Sequence record: NC_010811.2
Strand: one strand, 5' to 3'
DNA length: 64,000 nucleotides
Within the stretch, counting starts at the first letter, position 1. Every line of letters begins with the position of its first letter. Below are positions 28,690-38,374 of this stretch, in pieces. The notes below the pieces were generated by a model. That model did no database searches. It had not been told where the DNA came from and saw only the letters and a list, made by a program, of their open reading frames with translations. The position numbers were made by a program, and so were the translations under genes.

Positions 28690-30882
28690 TCAGCGCAAAC
28701 CCGGATGCCGATAACCACCACGACTTAGGAACACAGGACGTGCAGCAGCCCCACCCTGCGCGCCATACACGAAGTCCTTGGCCTCGATCAACTTCTCCAT
28801 GACCTTCGGATTGTGAATGGTGGACAGAAGGAGGACCAGCGAACGGAAGATGTCATCGGTCATGCCTTCGCCCTTCTCGGGACAGCGACTCTCTCCAACG
28901 TCACGCACTGTCAGCATTTGCAACAACAGATGGGCGATCGGCTTGTTCAACATCTCTTGCCGATAGTTCTCAACCATACCTTCGATGGCGCGCTCCGCAT
29001 CTTTCTTGTCGACCGACGGCAGGACCGCATTCCGCTGTTCCAACATGCCACGAGCCATGTCGAAGTCTTTGCGACGTGGACTGTACTGCTTGGACTCGGT
29101 CCGCGTCTTTCCCTTTGGGTTCTTACCCATGTCCATCTTGATGCGGTGCAGCAGATCCAACGACTGCCACTGGTCGGCAACCATCCCGATCGCGTTCAGG
29201 TCTTTGGCCAACGGAAAGATGATCTTCTCGTAGATCAGATTGAAGTTGACTGCGCGCCCGTCGTGTGGCATGCACTCCAGGATGGTGGTGACCACCGTCT
29301 TGCCTGTATCGAAGTTGTAGTGACCCGCGGTCACGCAGAAGCTGTTGTTGACCGATCCAGCGTCCAGCGAGATGACCGACGGATACTTGAACGTACGAAT
29401 GCGTTCGATGCGTCCATAGATCTCACCCGGTCGATCGTACAGGTAGATGAAGTTGTGGCTGTTCTGCCCGTTGATGAAGAGATCGCTCTCTACGGTCTTC
29501 ACCTGAATGAACCGCGAGTGCACCGCCGGAGGATTCGCGCCAAAGTCGCGCTCTGCCTTTTCCGCGTTCGACGCATAGGCAGCAGCGATCACAGGGGTCT
29601 GACGCGTCATGAACGGGTTGACCTCCCAAGTGGGAAGGTTCACGCCCAAGATGTACTTCGAGCCCTCTTCTGTGCGCGACTCCTTTAACAGGCGCATCAT
29701 CTTGTCACGCAAGCTGATGGGCGAGCTCACGTTGAAGAGAATGGGAGGCGGCGCTGTGTTGTAGCCCTTCGACAGCAGTTCGTTATACGCCAAGTTGACC
29801 GTGGTCAGGCTGTTGTACAGCGACTTGTGAGCCTCGTCGGCGTTCGCGCGTTCGCTGTTCTCGTCCTCTTCCTCGTCACCAGACGGCAACGGGAACAAGC
29901 CCAATTCGTCAAGGGCACCACCAACGCGCGTGTCACCCCGCAGCGTTGTACTCATGGGACCGGACGGATAGAAGCGAAGGTTCTTGGTGTAGAACGATGC
30001 GTAGATGGTGGAGATGCGATACAGCTCCTTTCCATAACGCTGCTTGTAGTGATCCATCAGCGCCAAGTAGTCCTTGAACCACTTGTTGTCTTCAGTAATC
30101 AGCTTCTTGTAGGGAGTCCACATCACGCCGATTGCCTTGGATGCAGACAGGCTGACGAAGGTGAACGTCAACTCAGTGGATGCCTGCATACTGCTCGTCA
30201 TGTCTGCGTAGTTCGGGAACTTCAGCAGCATGTGCGTGAGGTACGACGCGTAGGTAGCCAGCGATGACGACTTACCACTCCGCTGACCAAGGACCGAGGC
30301 CAATTGGATGTAGTTGCGCAGGCCGTGCTTTTGGATGAGCTCCCACTTGTTTCGCTTGCACTTCGGGCACTTTCCATGTTCCAAGAACACAAGGTGCTCG
30401 GGCATGTCCTTTGCCTTGTAGTCCTTCGGCACATTGTGGACGTCCAGCCAGTCCTTGTTGGAACACACTGGGCAGATCTCGCCGAACAGCATGGCGCCGA
30501 TCCACATCTGGCGCGACCATGGATGGTGAACGCGCTTGCCGCTCAGATTGATAGCGAAGTCGTAGAAGTTCTTGGCACGCGGTAGATCCCGAGTGTCAAT
30601 CTTGAGATCGTGTAGGGTTCCCGTTTCGGGGTCTTCCAAGTCATCCATGTACCGGCGCACGTCGAAGTCGGCGATCGCGTTGCCTTGATCGTCAAATCCA
30701 CCGCCCGGCAGGATGTACTCGTCTTCCTTCACGTCCAGCAATTTGCTGGTCAGCTTCTTGCCGCTTTTCTTGGCCTTCTTCTTGCGGCGAAGATGGATTG
30801 CTTCCATCTCTTCAGAGGACAACAGCCCTGGAAACAGGGTGTCGGCCTTGGTCTTCATCAGGTGTGCGATATCCATAGCCAC
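28690..30882 (-). CDS. terL: Terminase large subunit
   Basis: Walker A GQRSGKSS, Walker B GALDELG, nuclease SLDAG and DDIFRS motifs. Confidence 0.9.
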   Translation of the reverse strand: MAMDIAHLMKTKADTLFPGLLSSEEMEAIHLRRKKKAKKSGKKLTSKLLDVKEDEYILPGGGFDDQGNAIADFDVRRYMDDLEDPETGTLHDLKIDTRDLPRAKNFYDFAINLSGKRVHHPWSRQMWIGAMLFGEICPVCSNKDWLDVHNVPKDYKAKDMPEHLVFLEHGKCPKCKRNKWELIQKHGLRNYIQLASVLGQRSGKSSSLATYASYLTHMLLKFPNYADMTSSMQASTELTFTFVSLSASKAIGVMWTPYKKLITEDNKWFKDYLALMDHYKQRYGKELYRISTIYASFYTKNLRFYPSGPMSTTLRGDTRVGGALDELGLFPLPSGDEEEDENSERANADEAHKSLYNSLTTVNLAYNELLSKGYNTAPPPILFNVSSPISLRDKMMRLLKESRTEEGSKYILGVNLPTWEVNPFMTRQTPVIAAAYASNAEKAERDFGANPPAVHSRFIQVKTVESDLFINGQNSHNFIYLYDRPGEIYGRIERIRTFKYPSVISLDAGSVNNSFCVTAGHYNFDTGKTVVTTILECMPHDGRAVNFNLIYEKIIFPLAKDLNAIGMVADQWQSLDLLHRIKMDMGKNPKGKTRTESKQYSPRRKDFDMARGMLEQRNAVLPSVDKKDAERAIEGMVENYRQEMLNKPIAHLLLQMLTVRDVGESRCPEKGEGMTDDIFRSLVLLLSTIHNPKVMEKLIEAKDFVYGAQGGAAARPVFLSRGGYRHPGLR

Positions 30883-30908
30883 TCACTCTACAACTGGAAC
30901 CGCGAATG

Positions 30909-31196
30909 TCAGACGCCCTCTACCCAGCGAAGGAATCGACGCCAGAGGCCACGATCCTCCAGCGCCCAGCGCTTTTCGCGCTCTTCACGGGCGATTGCTT
31001 GAAGACGTTCAATGACTTGATCGGCGTGCTCCAGCTGCTGCCGGAGACGCTGAGTACGACCTTCTGCCTTCTGTGCACGGCGATGCATAGTGTGGGCTCG
31101 TGCGTTGGCCTTGGACAGCTCAACACTCAAGCGATGTACCTCGTGGACGTTGGTCGTGTAGTGCTCAACATCCACGAGGACGGTACCACGCGTCAT
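30909..31196 (-). CDS. Hypothetical coiled-coil protein
   Basis: Coiled-coil ORF; start uncertain (ATG 31196 chosen to avoid overlap). Confidence 0.45.
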   Translation of the reverse strand: MTRGTVLVDVEHYTTNVHEVHRLSVELSKANARAHTMHRRAQKAEGRTQRLRQQLEHADQVIERLQAIAREEREKRWALEDRGLWRRFLRWVEGV

Positions 31197-31230
31197 GACC
31201 ACGCATGAAGTTTCCGGATCCACGTGCGGA

Positions 31231-31644
31231 TCACTCGGCGGCTTCATTCCCACTGGCGGGTTCAGGTTTTCGTGCACGGCGTTCGTATTCCATTGGGTTG
31301 ACGATCAGCACCTCCTTCTTAGGAGTAATGCTGTCCAGTAGATACTGCACGGTGGACGATGGGAGCTTGAGATAGCGCGTGATGTAGCGCGCGAGCACCA
31401 GCGTCGCTCCCTTGTGCAGCATATGCTCAAACTGGGCAAATTGACTTTCGTCGATCGGCACACCAAGCGCCCGCTGCACTACGTCCTTCGCCTGCTGACT
31501 TCCGGCTTGTGCTCCCAGCGTGAGCGGCGCAACGTCCCGCAGCCAGAACTCACGGACCCGCGTCAGATTCTTGTCCAACACCGGTCGCAGTTCCTGCTGA
31601 TAGGTCTTACGGCGTTCTTCAACCTGCTGGTCAATGAACTCCAC
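31231..31644 (-). CDS. Hypothetical protein
   Basis: Probable GTG start at 31644 (VEFIDQQ..); protein-like composition. Confidence 0.5.
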   Translation of the reverse strand: MEFIDQQVEERRKTYQQELRPVLDKNLTRVREFWLRDVAPLTLGAQAGSQQAKDVVQRALGVPIDESQFAQFEHMLHKGATLVLARYITRYLKLPSSTVQYLLDSITPKKEVLIVNPMEYERRARKPEPASGNEAAE

Positions 31645-31867
31645 CTCTCTTGGGCACGCTGATGGATTTGCGCGCTTCCACCTCCTGCGACACGGACTTG
31701 GTCGGCTGGTAGAAGAAGCGCGATCGGCGAGATACTCGTTCACGCCGCTCCAACATCGACTCAGCCTGTGCAAGAGGCCGCCCAATGTTGGAGATGGCAG
31801 CGAGTACCGAGTCGGCCTGCTCTTCTTCCTTCTTCGTGCTGAGAACCAATGTGCTACTCGTTGCCAC
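31631..31867 (-). CDS. Hypothetical protein
   Basis: 78 aa, SD GGAGG upstream. Confidence 0.5.
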   Translation of the reverse strand: MATSSTLVLSTKKEEEQADSVLAAISNIGRPLAQAESMLERRERVSRRSRFFYQPTKSVSQEVEARKSISVPKRGGVH

Positions 31868-31875
31868 GATGCCTC

Positions 31876-32268
31876 CTATTGCGGATCCAGCTTCTTAGTG
31901 TCCACCATCTCGTACTCGTAGGTCACGGTCATGTGCAGTGGCTCACTTTCCGCGCCGAACAACGCGGTTTGTTGGGAGCCGCTCATGGCGGTGATCGTGC
32001 GGTACGAGAGCCGGCTGAAAGTGAACGACACGATGGGCTTGAGCTCGGAACACAAGATGAGCTCAATGCTGGCACCCGGTTCCATAATGGAGGGCGGCGG
32101 AAGCGGCGCTTCTTCCGTGGGCACAATCACCAGCGACAGTTTGGAGCCCTTGATGCTGTAGCTTGTGACTCGCGGGTCCACGACGCCGTTCACACGGACT
32201 TGGAAGTCGCAGCTGAGAAGGGGCCGCCCCAAATCCGTCATCGCCGCCACATCATTCATCGTCGTCAT
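31876..32268 (-). CDS. Hypothetical beta-rich protein
   Basis: 130 aa downstream of uvsX. Confidence 0.55.
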   Translation of the reverse strand: MTTMNDVAAMTDLGRPLLSCDFQVRVNGVVDPRVTSYSIKGSKLSLVIVPTEEAPLPPPSIMEPGASIELILCSELKPIVSFTFSRLSYRTITAMSGSQQTALFGAESEPLHMTVTYEYEMVDTKKLDPQ

Positions 32269-32274
32269 CTTCTT

Positions 32275-33720
32275 TCACCTTGGAGTTCTTGAAGGCGTTG
32301 TACAGCGTTCGCCCTTGCCGGTGGCGACTTGCTTGAAGCAGAAGGCACGCAGATCCATCGGCTTGTAGCCCAGTGCCTGACTGATCTTCGTCTTCTCTTC
32401 CTTGGAACCGAGAACCCACTTCTTCAGCGTGCCCCAGTCGATCGACCGCTTGGCTGCACCCATGCCTTCGAGATCGAGGAACATGTTCTTGCGGTTCTTC
32501 GCGGTGAGCTGGCCAGTGGACTGCAGATAGTGCATGGTGTCGAAGAACGGGTCGAAGCCGCGAGCCTTGCCCGAACTGTCCGAGACCCAGATGCGAACCC
32601 ACATCTTGCGACCGGGGTTTGCCAGCTTGTTCTTCTTGTTGACGACCTGAACGTATCGGTAGCGATCCTTGCCACCGTCCGCCGACGGCTCGATTTCCAC
32701 ACGCTCTTCGCCGTCGAACTTGGCGTTGAACGGCATACCGCTTGCACGCGAATTCCACCAGTTGCGCACGTCGCTGTTGAAGCGCAGCGCCTGACCGCAA
32801 GCTTCCTTTTCCTTCGGGCCGTACATGGCCATCGGCACTTCGCGCAGCTGATTGACGCCGACCATTGCCACCATCTTCTGTGCGAGACGGCCCTTGACGC
32901 GAGGCAGATGCTTGGCGAAGAATCGAGCGTGGAGGCCCAAGCTGTTGTTGGCTTCTTCGTTGTCGTTGGCTTCCGGGTTCATGGCCGGATACGAATCGAC
33001 GAGGATCAGCGCTTGGAGGCTGCCGTCTTCAGTGGGCACCCACAGACCCTTGCCGTACTTGCGGGCCATGTTGGCGTCAGCCTGCTGGCTGTAAGCCGCC
33101 TTGTGCTTCTTGTTGCTCTCGTCGAAGACCAGCCACCACTTGTTGGCGACGAACTTCTTGTCCGGCATATCGCGCAGCATCTCGGCCAGCCAGTCGAAGA
33201 ACTTCTCGCCTCGCGTTTCAGCGATATAGCGAACGCGCGGAGGAGTCGTCCACTTGCCCGTTGCCGGGTCCTTGACGCCGAACAGTTCCTTCGGGCCTTG
33301 CTTCACACCCATCGTCTGCAGGATGTTGCCGACGTAGTCCAAGCTGTTGGCGGTCGACCCTTCATAGTCCCAGAAGGCGGTGGGGATGCCAGCCTTGACG
33401 GCTGCTGCCATTAGCGCGATGGCGCCCGTGGTCTTACCACCTTGCTCGAAACCGGCGCTCGTGTACATCGCAGGGCGAATGCCACCGCCCAAGATCAGAT
33501 CGTACGCCAGCAGACCGGTGGACAGGGGCTTCACGTTGTCCATCAGATCGGTGTCCACACCCTGACGCTTGCTGATCTCGTCCATGGTGTCGGTCATCAT
33601 GCTGAAGTAGTCGAATGTGGCCTTCGACATTTTCGGCGAATCCCCTGCGTCAGCGGCTGCGCGCTTTCCCTTCTTCGCGGCTGGAGCTTCTTTCTGCTTC
33701 ACTTGCTTCTTGGTTGCCAT
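32275..33720 (-). CDS. uvsX: RecA/UvsX-like recombinase
   Basis: STGLLAYDLILGGG, Walker A GFEQGGKTT, LVDSY, VNQLR, CGQALRFNSDVR; C-terminus possibly frameshifted. Confidence 0.9.
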   Translation of the reverse strand: MATKKQVKQKEAPAAKKGKRAAADAGDSPKMSKATFDYFSMMTDTMDEISKRQGVDTDLMDNVKPLSTGLLAYDLILGGGIRPAMYTSAGFEQGGKTTGAIALMAAAVKAGIPTAFWDYEGSTANSLDYVGNILQTMGVKQGPKELFGVKDPATGKWTTPPRVRYIAETRGEKFFDWLAEMLRDMPDKKFVANKWWLVFDESNKKHKAAYSQQADANMARKYGKGLWVPTEDGSLQALILVDSYPAMNPEANDNEEANNSLGLHARFFAKHLPRVKGRLAQKMVAMVGVNQLREVPMAMYGPKEKEACGQALRFNSDVRNWWNSRASGMPFNAKFDGEERVEIEPSADGGKDRYRYVQVVNKKNKLANPGRKMWVRIWVSDSSGKARGFDPFFDTMHYLQSTGQLTAKNRKNMFLDLEGMGAAKRSIDWGTLKKWVLGSKEEKTKISQALGYKPMDLRAFCFKQVATGKGERCTTPSRTPR

Positions 33721-33755
33721 GTGTTGTCCTGTGAAACTGTGTGCTGTATGAAGAC

Positions 33756-33788
33756 AAAAAGGCCCACCCAGTCGTTACCGGATGGGCC
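33756..33788 (-). terminator. Intrinsic terminator after the SSB gene
   Basis: GGCCCATCC-loop-GGGTGGGCC followed by TTTTT on the - strand. Confidence 0.75.
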
Positions 33789-33804
33789 GCAAAGGACGAA
33801 CTAC

Positions 33805-35277
33805 TTACTCGTCATCATCGCCGAAATCGTCATCATCGTCTTCGTCGGCCGGACGCTTCTTCGAAGACTTCTTGGCGGCGGGTTTGGACTTGCCCTTCTT
33901 GGCCTTGGGCGCCTCCTCTTCCTCGTCTTCATCTTCGTCATCGTCGTCGCCGAAGTCGTCATCGTCGTCTTCGTCAACCGGCTTCTTGCTGGTCTTCTTG
34001 GCGGGCTTGGTCGTCTTCTTGGCCGGTGCCTTGCGCTTGGCCTTGGGCTCGTCGTCTTCGTCCTCGTCCTCGTCTTCGTCGTCGGCATCATCGTCGCCGT
34101 CTTCGTCGTCTTCGTCGTCAGACCAAGGCGCAGACTTGCCGCCCTTCTTGGCGGGCTTGCCCTTGCCCTTCTTGGGCTCGTCGTCTTCGTCGTCGAAGTC
34201 GTCGTCATCTTCGTCGTCCGAATCCGAGTCCTCATCGTCCTCGTCATCATCTTCCGAATCGTCGTCTTCGTCCTCGTCGTCCTCGTCGGCCTTGCGCTTG
34301 GACTTGGCGGGAGCCTTCTTGCCCTTCTTGGCGGGCGGCTCATCGTCTTCGTCCTCGTCGTCGCCGTCATCGTCGTCGAAGTCTTCATCCTCGTCTTCGT
34401 CGCGAGCCGGTTTCTTGGCGGCCTTGCCCTTCTTGGACTTCGGAGCTTCGTCCTCGTCTTCTTCCTCGAAGTCCTCGTCGCTGCGCTTCTTGCCGCCCTT
34501 CAGCTTGATGCCGTTGCGCTTGGCCCACGAGGCGAAGTCGGCCTTCACTTCTTCTTCGGTCTGCTCGCTGGCCAGTTCCGACAGATCCCACTTGAGGTAC
34601 GCCAGCTCTTCTTCAGTGAGCGGGGTTTGGCCGTTGGGACCCGGCTGGATGGTGTACTGGTTGGCGGGGGACTCGTCCGGATCGTGCATGATGCGGATGT
34701 CCATGCCGAACTTCGGGTGGCTGAGGCTGTACGACTTGGTGCCGCCCTTGCCGTCGACCGTGTTCAGGCCCTTCATCTTCTGGATCTTGGCCACCACACC
34801 TGCGGGCAGGCGCAGCGCCACGACCGGCGTCCACGTGTCGCTGTCCTTGTCCTTGTAGCCCGTCTTGCGTTCGCTGCTGGTGGGCTTGGACTTGCGTGCC
34901 GGCTCCTTCTTCTGCTCGCTGCGCATGATGGCGTTGATGTAGAAGTGAGTGGCCACTTGGATGTTGCGATCCTTCTGGTCCACGCCGCGTTCGGCTTGGT
35001 ACAGATCACGCCACGGGTCGTACTTCGTGCTGTCGAACTCTTGAGTGTCCGGAGAATACGACGGGCTGTTGACCGAGAAGTTGGTCGTGCCTTTGCCGTC
35101 TTTCTTCTTGGTCTTGACCCAGTACGTGCAGTAGCTGAACGTCGGGCCAAACAGGCGAAGCGTGACCCACTTCTTGGCGGGCAGCTTCATGATGTTGACC
35201 TTGTCCGACGGGCGAATACGCTCCGCACGGTTGTTGGTCTTGACCGAATCGAAATCGGCGCCTTGTTGCTTTGCCAT
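33805..35277 (-). CDS. Single-stranded DNA-binding protein (gp32-like) with very long acidic/Lys-rich disordered tail
   Basis: OB-like N-terminal domain (VTLRLFGP..HFYINAI..GMDIRIMHD..Y), acidic tail, adjacent to uvsX. Confidence 0.65.
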   Translation of the reverse strand: MAKQQGADFDSVKTNNRAERIRPSDKVNIMKLPAKKWVTLRLFGPTFSYCTYWVKTKKKDGKGTTNFSVNSPSYSPDTQEFDSTKYDPWRDLYQAERGVDQKDRNIQVATHFYINAIMRSEQKKEPARKSKPTSSERKTGYKDKDSDTWTPVVALRLPAGVVAKIQKMKGLNTVDGKGGTKSYSLSHPKFGMDIRIMHDPDESPANQYTIQPGPNGQTPLTEEELAYLKWDLSELASEQTEEEVKADFASWAKRNGIKLKGGKKRSDEDFEEEDEDEAPKSKKGKAAKKPARDEDEDEDFDDDDGDDEDEDDEPPAKKGKKAPAKSKRKADEDDEDEDDDSEDDDEDDEDSDSDDEDDDDFDDEDDEPKKGKGKPAKKGGKSAPWSDDEDDEDGDDDADDEDEDEDEDDEPKAKRKAPAKKTTKPAKKTSKKPVDEDDDDDFGDDDDEDEDEEEEAPKAKKGKSKPAAKKSSKKRPADEDDDDDFGDDDE

Positions 35278-35344
35278 CGGTATAATCTCCGAGTTGGTTG
35301 ATTGACGATGATGGTTTGTTATAGGCCAACGGCCCGGGACCCAC

Positions 35345-35352
35345 TATTTACT
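35345..35352 (-). promoter_or_regulatory. AGTAAATA motif upstream of ssb (candidate phage promoter)
   Basis: Part of a 15-mer (actatttactgcgga, + strand) repeated exactly at 47528. Confidence 0.55.
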
Positions 35353-35773
35353 GCGGACTGCTTTCTTGAGACACGCGCTGCGCAAATGCCTGAGCGGCAC
35401 GCTCCTTGTGTACTTGCGCATCCACGTCATGGATGGTGGTCAACGCACGAGTCAACCCTTGGACCACCTTGACGACAGTAGCTCGCACCTGCGCGTCGTC
35501 GTAGCTGAGGGCAGTGGTGAGAAGCGTTACCGTGTTCTGGATGAGGTTCTGCTGGTGTACGCTGCGCTCGCTGCTACGTTGGTCCATCTGCTCGATAAGC
35601 AGTTGGCTGATTGCAGCCCACGGCGCGTCGTTCTGCAGCATGTTGAACATCTGCTCAGCCTGTCGTGCGCGCAGCGCGTAGTCCGACATCTGGCTTTGAA
35701 GACTGGCAACAGACATGCGAAGGCTTGCCAGTTCCATATCTGGTGCTTGAACCGCTACTGAGGATTGATCCAT
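35348..35773 (-). CDS. Hypothetical coiled-coil protein
   Basis: 141 aa, adjacent to the sigma gene stop. Confidence 0.6.
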   Translation of the reverse strand: MDQSSVAVQAPDMELASLRMSVASLQSQMSDYALRARQAEQMFNMLQNDAPWAAISQLLIEQMDQRSSERSVHQQNLIQNTVTLLTTALSYDDAQVRATVVKVVQGLTRALTTIHDVDAQVHKERAAQAFAQRVSQESSPQ

Positions 35774-35774
35774 G

Positions 35775-36749
35775 TCAGTGATTCCAGGTGAAGCGCTTCA
35801 GCGTTTTGATTTGGTCATTAGTGACGAACTCGGGAATACCCAAGGTCGCACGCAGATACCCATGGACGTCTACCTGACGAGAGATGTACGCCACGTGTTG
35901 AATGAGTTCGCCTTCAAGGTTGGGCATGACGGTGCCCAACACATCGTCGATCGAGTCGCCATACTGTTCGTGCAGTGCCTCGATCGACGGATCCATCTGC
36001 GTACGCGCCAGCGCCGCCACTTCAGCACGCGCCGACTTGAACCAACTGAGGATGAAAGTGGTGAGCACGCCCTGTCGCGCATTGCAGCGATCGATGGCCT
36101 TAGACACGGTCATAAGATAGATCTGCACCACGTCGTCCAATCGCACGCTGTGCTTGATGTCGCGATACATGAGTCGTGCATGATTCAGCGCCAGTCGCGT
36201 GTACTTCTGGATGATCAGCTCTTTGAACCAACAAGCCTTATCAGTCCAGTGGCGGACTTGCTGAATGACCGCGTACAGGCTGGCGCCGGTACGCAACCCA
36301 AGCTGACGCTCAATCTGGTAGATACGAGACTGGCGAACGATTGGGTCCATGTCCGAGATTTTGTGCAGCGATTCGTATTCTTGTACCTGACTGAGAAACA
36401 GGGAGAGGAATCCGAACAGCAGGCCGCGATTAAGCGACATTGCACGTGCGTGCGTGTTGGCACGCTTTGGGACGGGGTCGGTCACGAGATTGAAGAGGTG
36501 CACAGGCAGTCGCTGCCGGTCATCCGAGGTGAATTTTGTGCTGGCCTTCAGCGTCTGCGCACCGACTACTTGCGCCACATAGTTGTGGAACAGGTGCGGC
36601 AGCTCCGCATGAATAGGATCCAGCGCAGACCACAGGAACAGGTCAAGGGTCTGGAGATACTGCAGACTGGTCAGATTGTCGACGATCTTCTCTTCGGTGG
36701 CCTTCAATTTCTCGAAAGCAACAGAATGTGTGTAACCGGAGGCTGCCAT
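35775..36749 (-). CDS. Phage-encoded sigma70-family RNA polymerase sigma factor
   Basis: Region 2-like KYTRLAL..DDVVQIYLMTVSKAIDRCNARQGVLTTFILSWF; region 3-like PSIEAL. Confidence 0.65.
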   Translation of the reverse strand: MAASGYTHSVAFEKLKATEEKIVDNLTSLQYLQTLDLFLWSALDPIHAELPHLFHNYVAQVVGAQTLKASTKFTSDDRQRLPVHLFNLVTDPVPKRANTHARAMSLNRGLLFGFLSLFLSQVQEYESLHKISDMDPIVRQSRIYQIERQLGLRTGASLYAVIQQVRHWTDKACWFKELIIQKYTRLALNHARLMYRDIKHSVRLDDVVQIYLMTVSKAIDRCNARQGVLTTFILSWFKSARAEVAALARTQMDPSIEALHEQYGDSIDDVLGTVMPNLEGELIQHVAYISRQVDVHGYLRATLGIPEFVTNDQIKTLKRFTWNH

Positions 36750-36799
36750 GATGAGTTGGGTAGGTTGGGATCGTCGCCAATCCGCGTTGCTCAGTGTTG

Positions 36800-37102
36800 C
36801 TAGTCTTCTGCGTACTGCTGGCCGGTGTTCTCCGGCTTAAGAATGACAGGAGGTCCTTCCGTGGTCACGGACCGGGCTTCTGCCACTCGCTGTGCCTTGC
36901 GGAACAGAGCGAGAGGCGACAACTCCATCATGGTGAGAGACGTCACGATGAAGTTGTGAAGCTTGTCCAACTGCTCTTCGTCTATGGAGCCTGTACGCAG
37001 TGCGTGTAGTGCCCCGAGGGCACCTTTCTTGTAGGCGTCGACCACAGCCTTCTGCTCGGCCATTTGGTCGACCACCTGGACACGGCGTGATTGCTTGCGC
37101 AT
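36800..37102 (-). CDS. Hypothetical protein
   Basis: 100-aa ORF 2 nt downstream of the SWIM gene stop. Confidence 0.55.
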   Translation of the reverse strand: MRKQSRRVQVVDQMAEQKAVVDAYKKGALGALHALRTGSIDEEQLDKLHNFIVTSLTMMELSPLALFRKAQRVAEARSVTTEGPPVILKPENTGQQYAED

Positions 37103-37104
37103 GA

Positions 37105-37536
37105 TTACTTCTTCTTCGGTGCCGGAAGCTTGGGCTTGATCTTGGTGTAGAGCGCGAGCACATGCTTACAGCACATTACCTTGAGTTGAGGATTGGTAGT
37201 CGTTGGCAGATCGCCGTTCGAGTACTCGATTTCAGCCGCTCCCTTGGACGTCAACGCTACTTCCCAGCGATAGAGCATGTCGGCGCAAGAACAGCTGACA
37301 TGCACGTGAAGCTGCTGGTCGAGGAACGTGATGACTGTGACGTACTTGTGTGGATTGGGATTGACATGCGGACGCCCGTCCTGCCCAACGATGTGCGTGC
37401 TGTAGCTGGCGCCCGCAATGAATCCGCGTCCGAGACTATCGAACCCCTTCTTCAGGTCGATGAAACGGACGTAGCGACTTCCTTCCACACGAAGACGATT
37501 GGTCTTCTTTACGATTTGATGAATGGTCAATGGCAT
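37105..37536 (-). CDS. SWIM-type Zn-finger protein
   Basis: CSCAD..CCKHVLAL motif; SD GGAGG. Confidence 0.7.
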   Translation of the reverse strand: MPLTIHQIVKKTNRLRVEGSRYVRFIDLKKGFDSLGRGFIAGASYSTHIVGQDGRPHVNPNPHKYVTVITFLDQQLHVHVSCSCADMLYRWEVALTSKGAAEIEYSNGDLPTTTNPQLKVMCCKHVLALYTKIKPKLPAPKKK

Positions 37537-37560
37537 AGAGCACCTCCTGCCATGTCAAAT

Positions 37561-37728
37561 TCACCACATGAAGCTAGGCGAGAACTGTGGGAACGCACGC
37601 TGCGCAATGCGCCGCATGCGACGAGCGACCCGCCGCTGTTCCGGAGTCATAATCATATCGCGGAATTGCCATCGATGCGAGTGCACGCAGTTGGCTGCCC
37701 GGATTCGGCGATGCCGACGTTGTTTCAT
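37561..37728 (-). CDS. Small Arg-rich protein
   Basis: 55 aa from ATG 37728, ATGA overlap with the upstream peptide gene. Confidence 0.45.
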   Translation of the reverse strand: MKQRRHRRIRAANCVHSHRWQFRDMIMTPEQRRVARRMRRIAQRAFPQFSPSFMW

Positions 37729-37841
37729 AGCGACTCCCACCAATAGGCAACGAAGTAGATTTCGGTGCCCAAGCCGATTAAGAGGGTGACGACAAGCATC
37801 ACCAACACCGTCCAGCTTTTGATTTGATCAGTCAGGCTCAT
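37725..37841 (-). CDS. 38-aa single-pass membrane peptide (not in the ORF track)
   Basis: MSLTDQIKSWTVLVMLVVTLLIGLGTEIYFVAYWWESL*; fills the gap after the HAD gene. Confidence 0.5.
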   Translation of the reverse strand: MSLTDQIKSWTVLVMLVVTLLIGLGTEIYFVAYWWESL

Positions 37842-37843
37842 GG

Positions 37844-38374
37844 CTAATGTGCGTTGGGGTTATGCTGCGTGTGGTACGCAACGATTCCATTGGACCGCCA
37901 CATCTCGACGACATCCAAGGTGTCGTCAAACGCCATGAAGATTTGCTTCGGGTCTAGCCCCAGCCGCATAACGCGATCCCACTTGTATTCGCGGTCAGGC
38001 ACACGATTGGGCTCTATGTAGTCCTTCGTGCGCATCAGCAACTGATGGTCGTGGATGTCGGCGCCCACCCACTGACGCAACTGGTCCAGCGTTTGCTGAC
38101 GATATCGCTTGTCGTCACGGCGCGACGTGATGAACAGCAGGTGGAACTGCGGATCGAAGTAGAAGGCACGGTACACGAAGACGCCCTGCGGAATGGGCAG
38201 GTCTTCGTGCACCCGGCTGAAGTACTTATCGTACTCGCCGCTGAAGTAATACTTGGCACGGCTGCTCGAGTCAACGAGGCAGCCGTCGATGTCGCAGATC
38301 ACATACTTCTTGTCACTGAACACCGGAATCTCCAGTTGATCAGCGAACTCGATGCTTGAGGTAAGGAAAGACAT
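37844..38374 (-). CDS. HAD-family phosphatase (polynucleotide kinase-phosphatase C-terminal-like)
   Basis: Motif I CDIDGCL, motif II ITSR, motif IV AFDD. Confidence 0.8.
   Translation of the reverse strand: MSFLTSSIEFADQLEIPVFSDKKYVICDIDGCLVDSSSRAKYYFSGEYDKYFSRVHEDLPIPQGVFVYRAFYFDPQFHLLFITSRRDDKRYRQQTLDQLRQWVGADIHDHQLLMRTKDYIEPNRVPDREYKWDRVMRLGLDPKQIFMAFDDTLDVVEMWRSNGIVAYHTQHNPNAH

Noticed and set aside
31231-31867. Frameshift fusion of the two overlapping ORFs
   Set aside because: A GTG start at 31644 reduces the overlap to 14 nt, which is normal coupling
33805-34500. Repeated tcgtcttcgtc units resembling a CRISPR array or microsatellite
   Set aside because: Irregular codon repeats inside a CDS; no constant repeat-spacer period and no cas genes
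33741-35301. Long + strand ORFs (619, 358, 255 aa) and a Thr-rich - strand ORF over the SSB gene
   Set aside because: Shadow frames produced by GAC/GAA/AAG repeats (poly-Ser, poly-Val or poly-Thr translations); no SD or motifs
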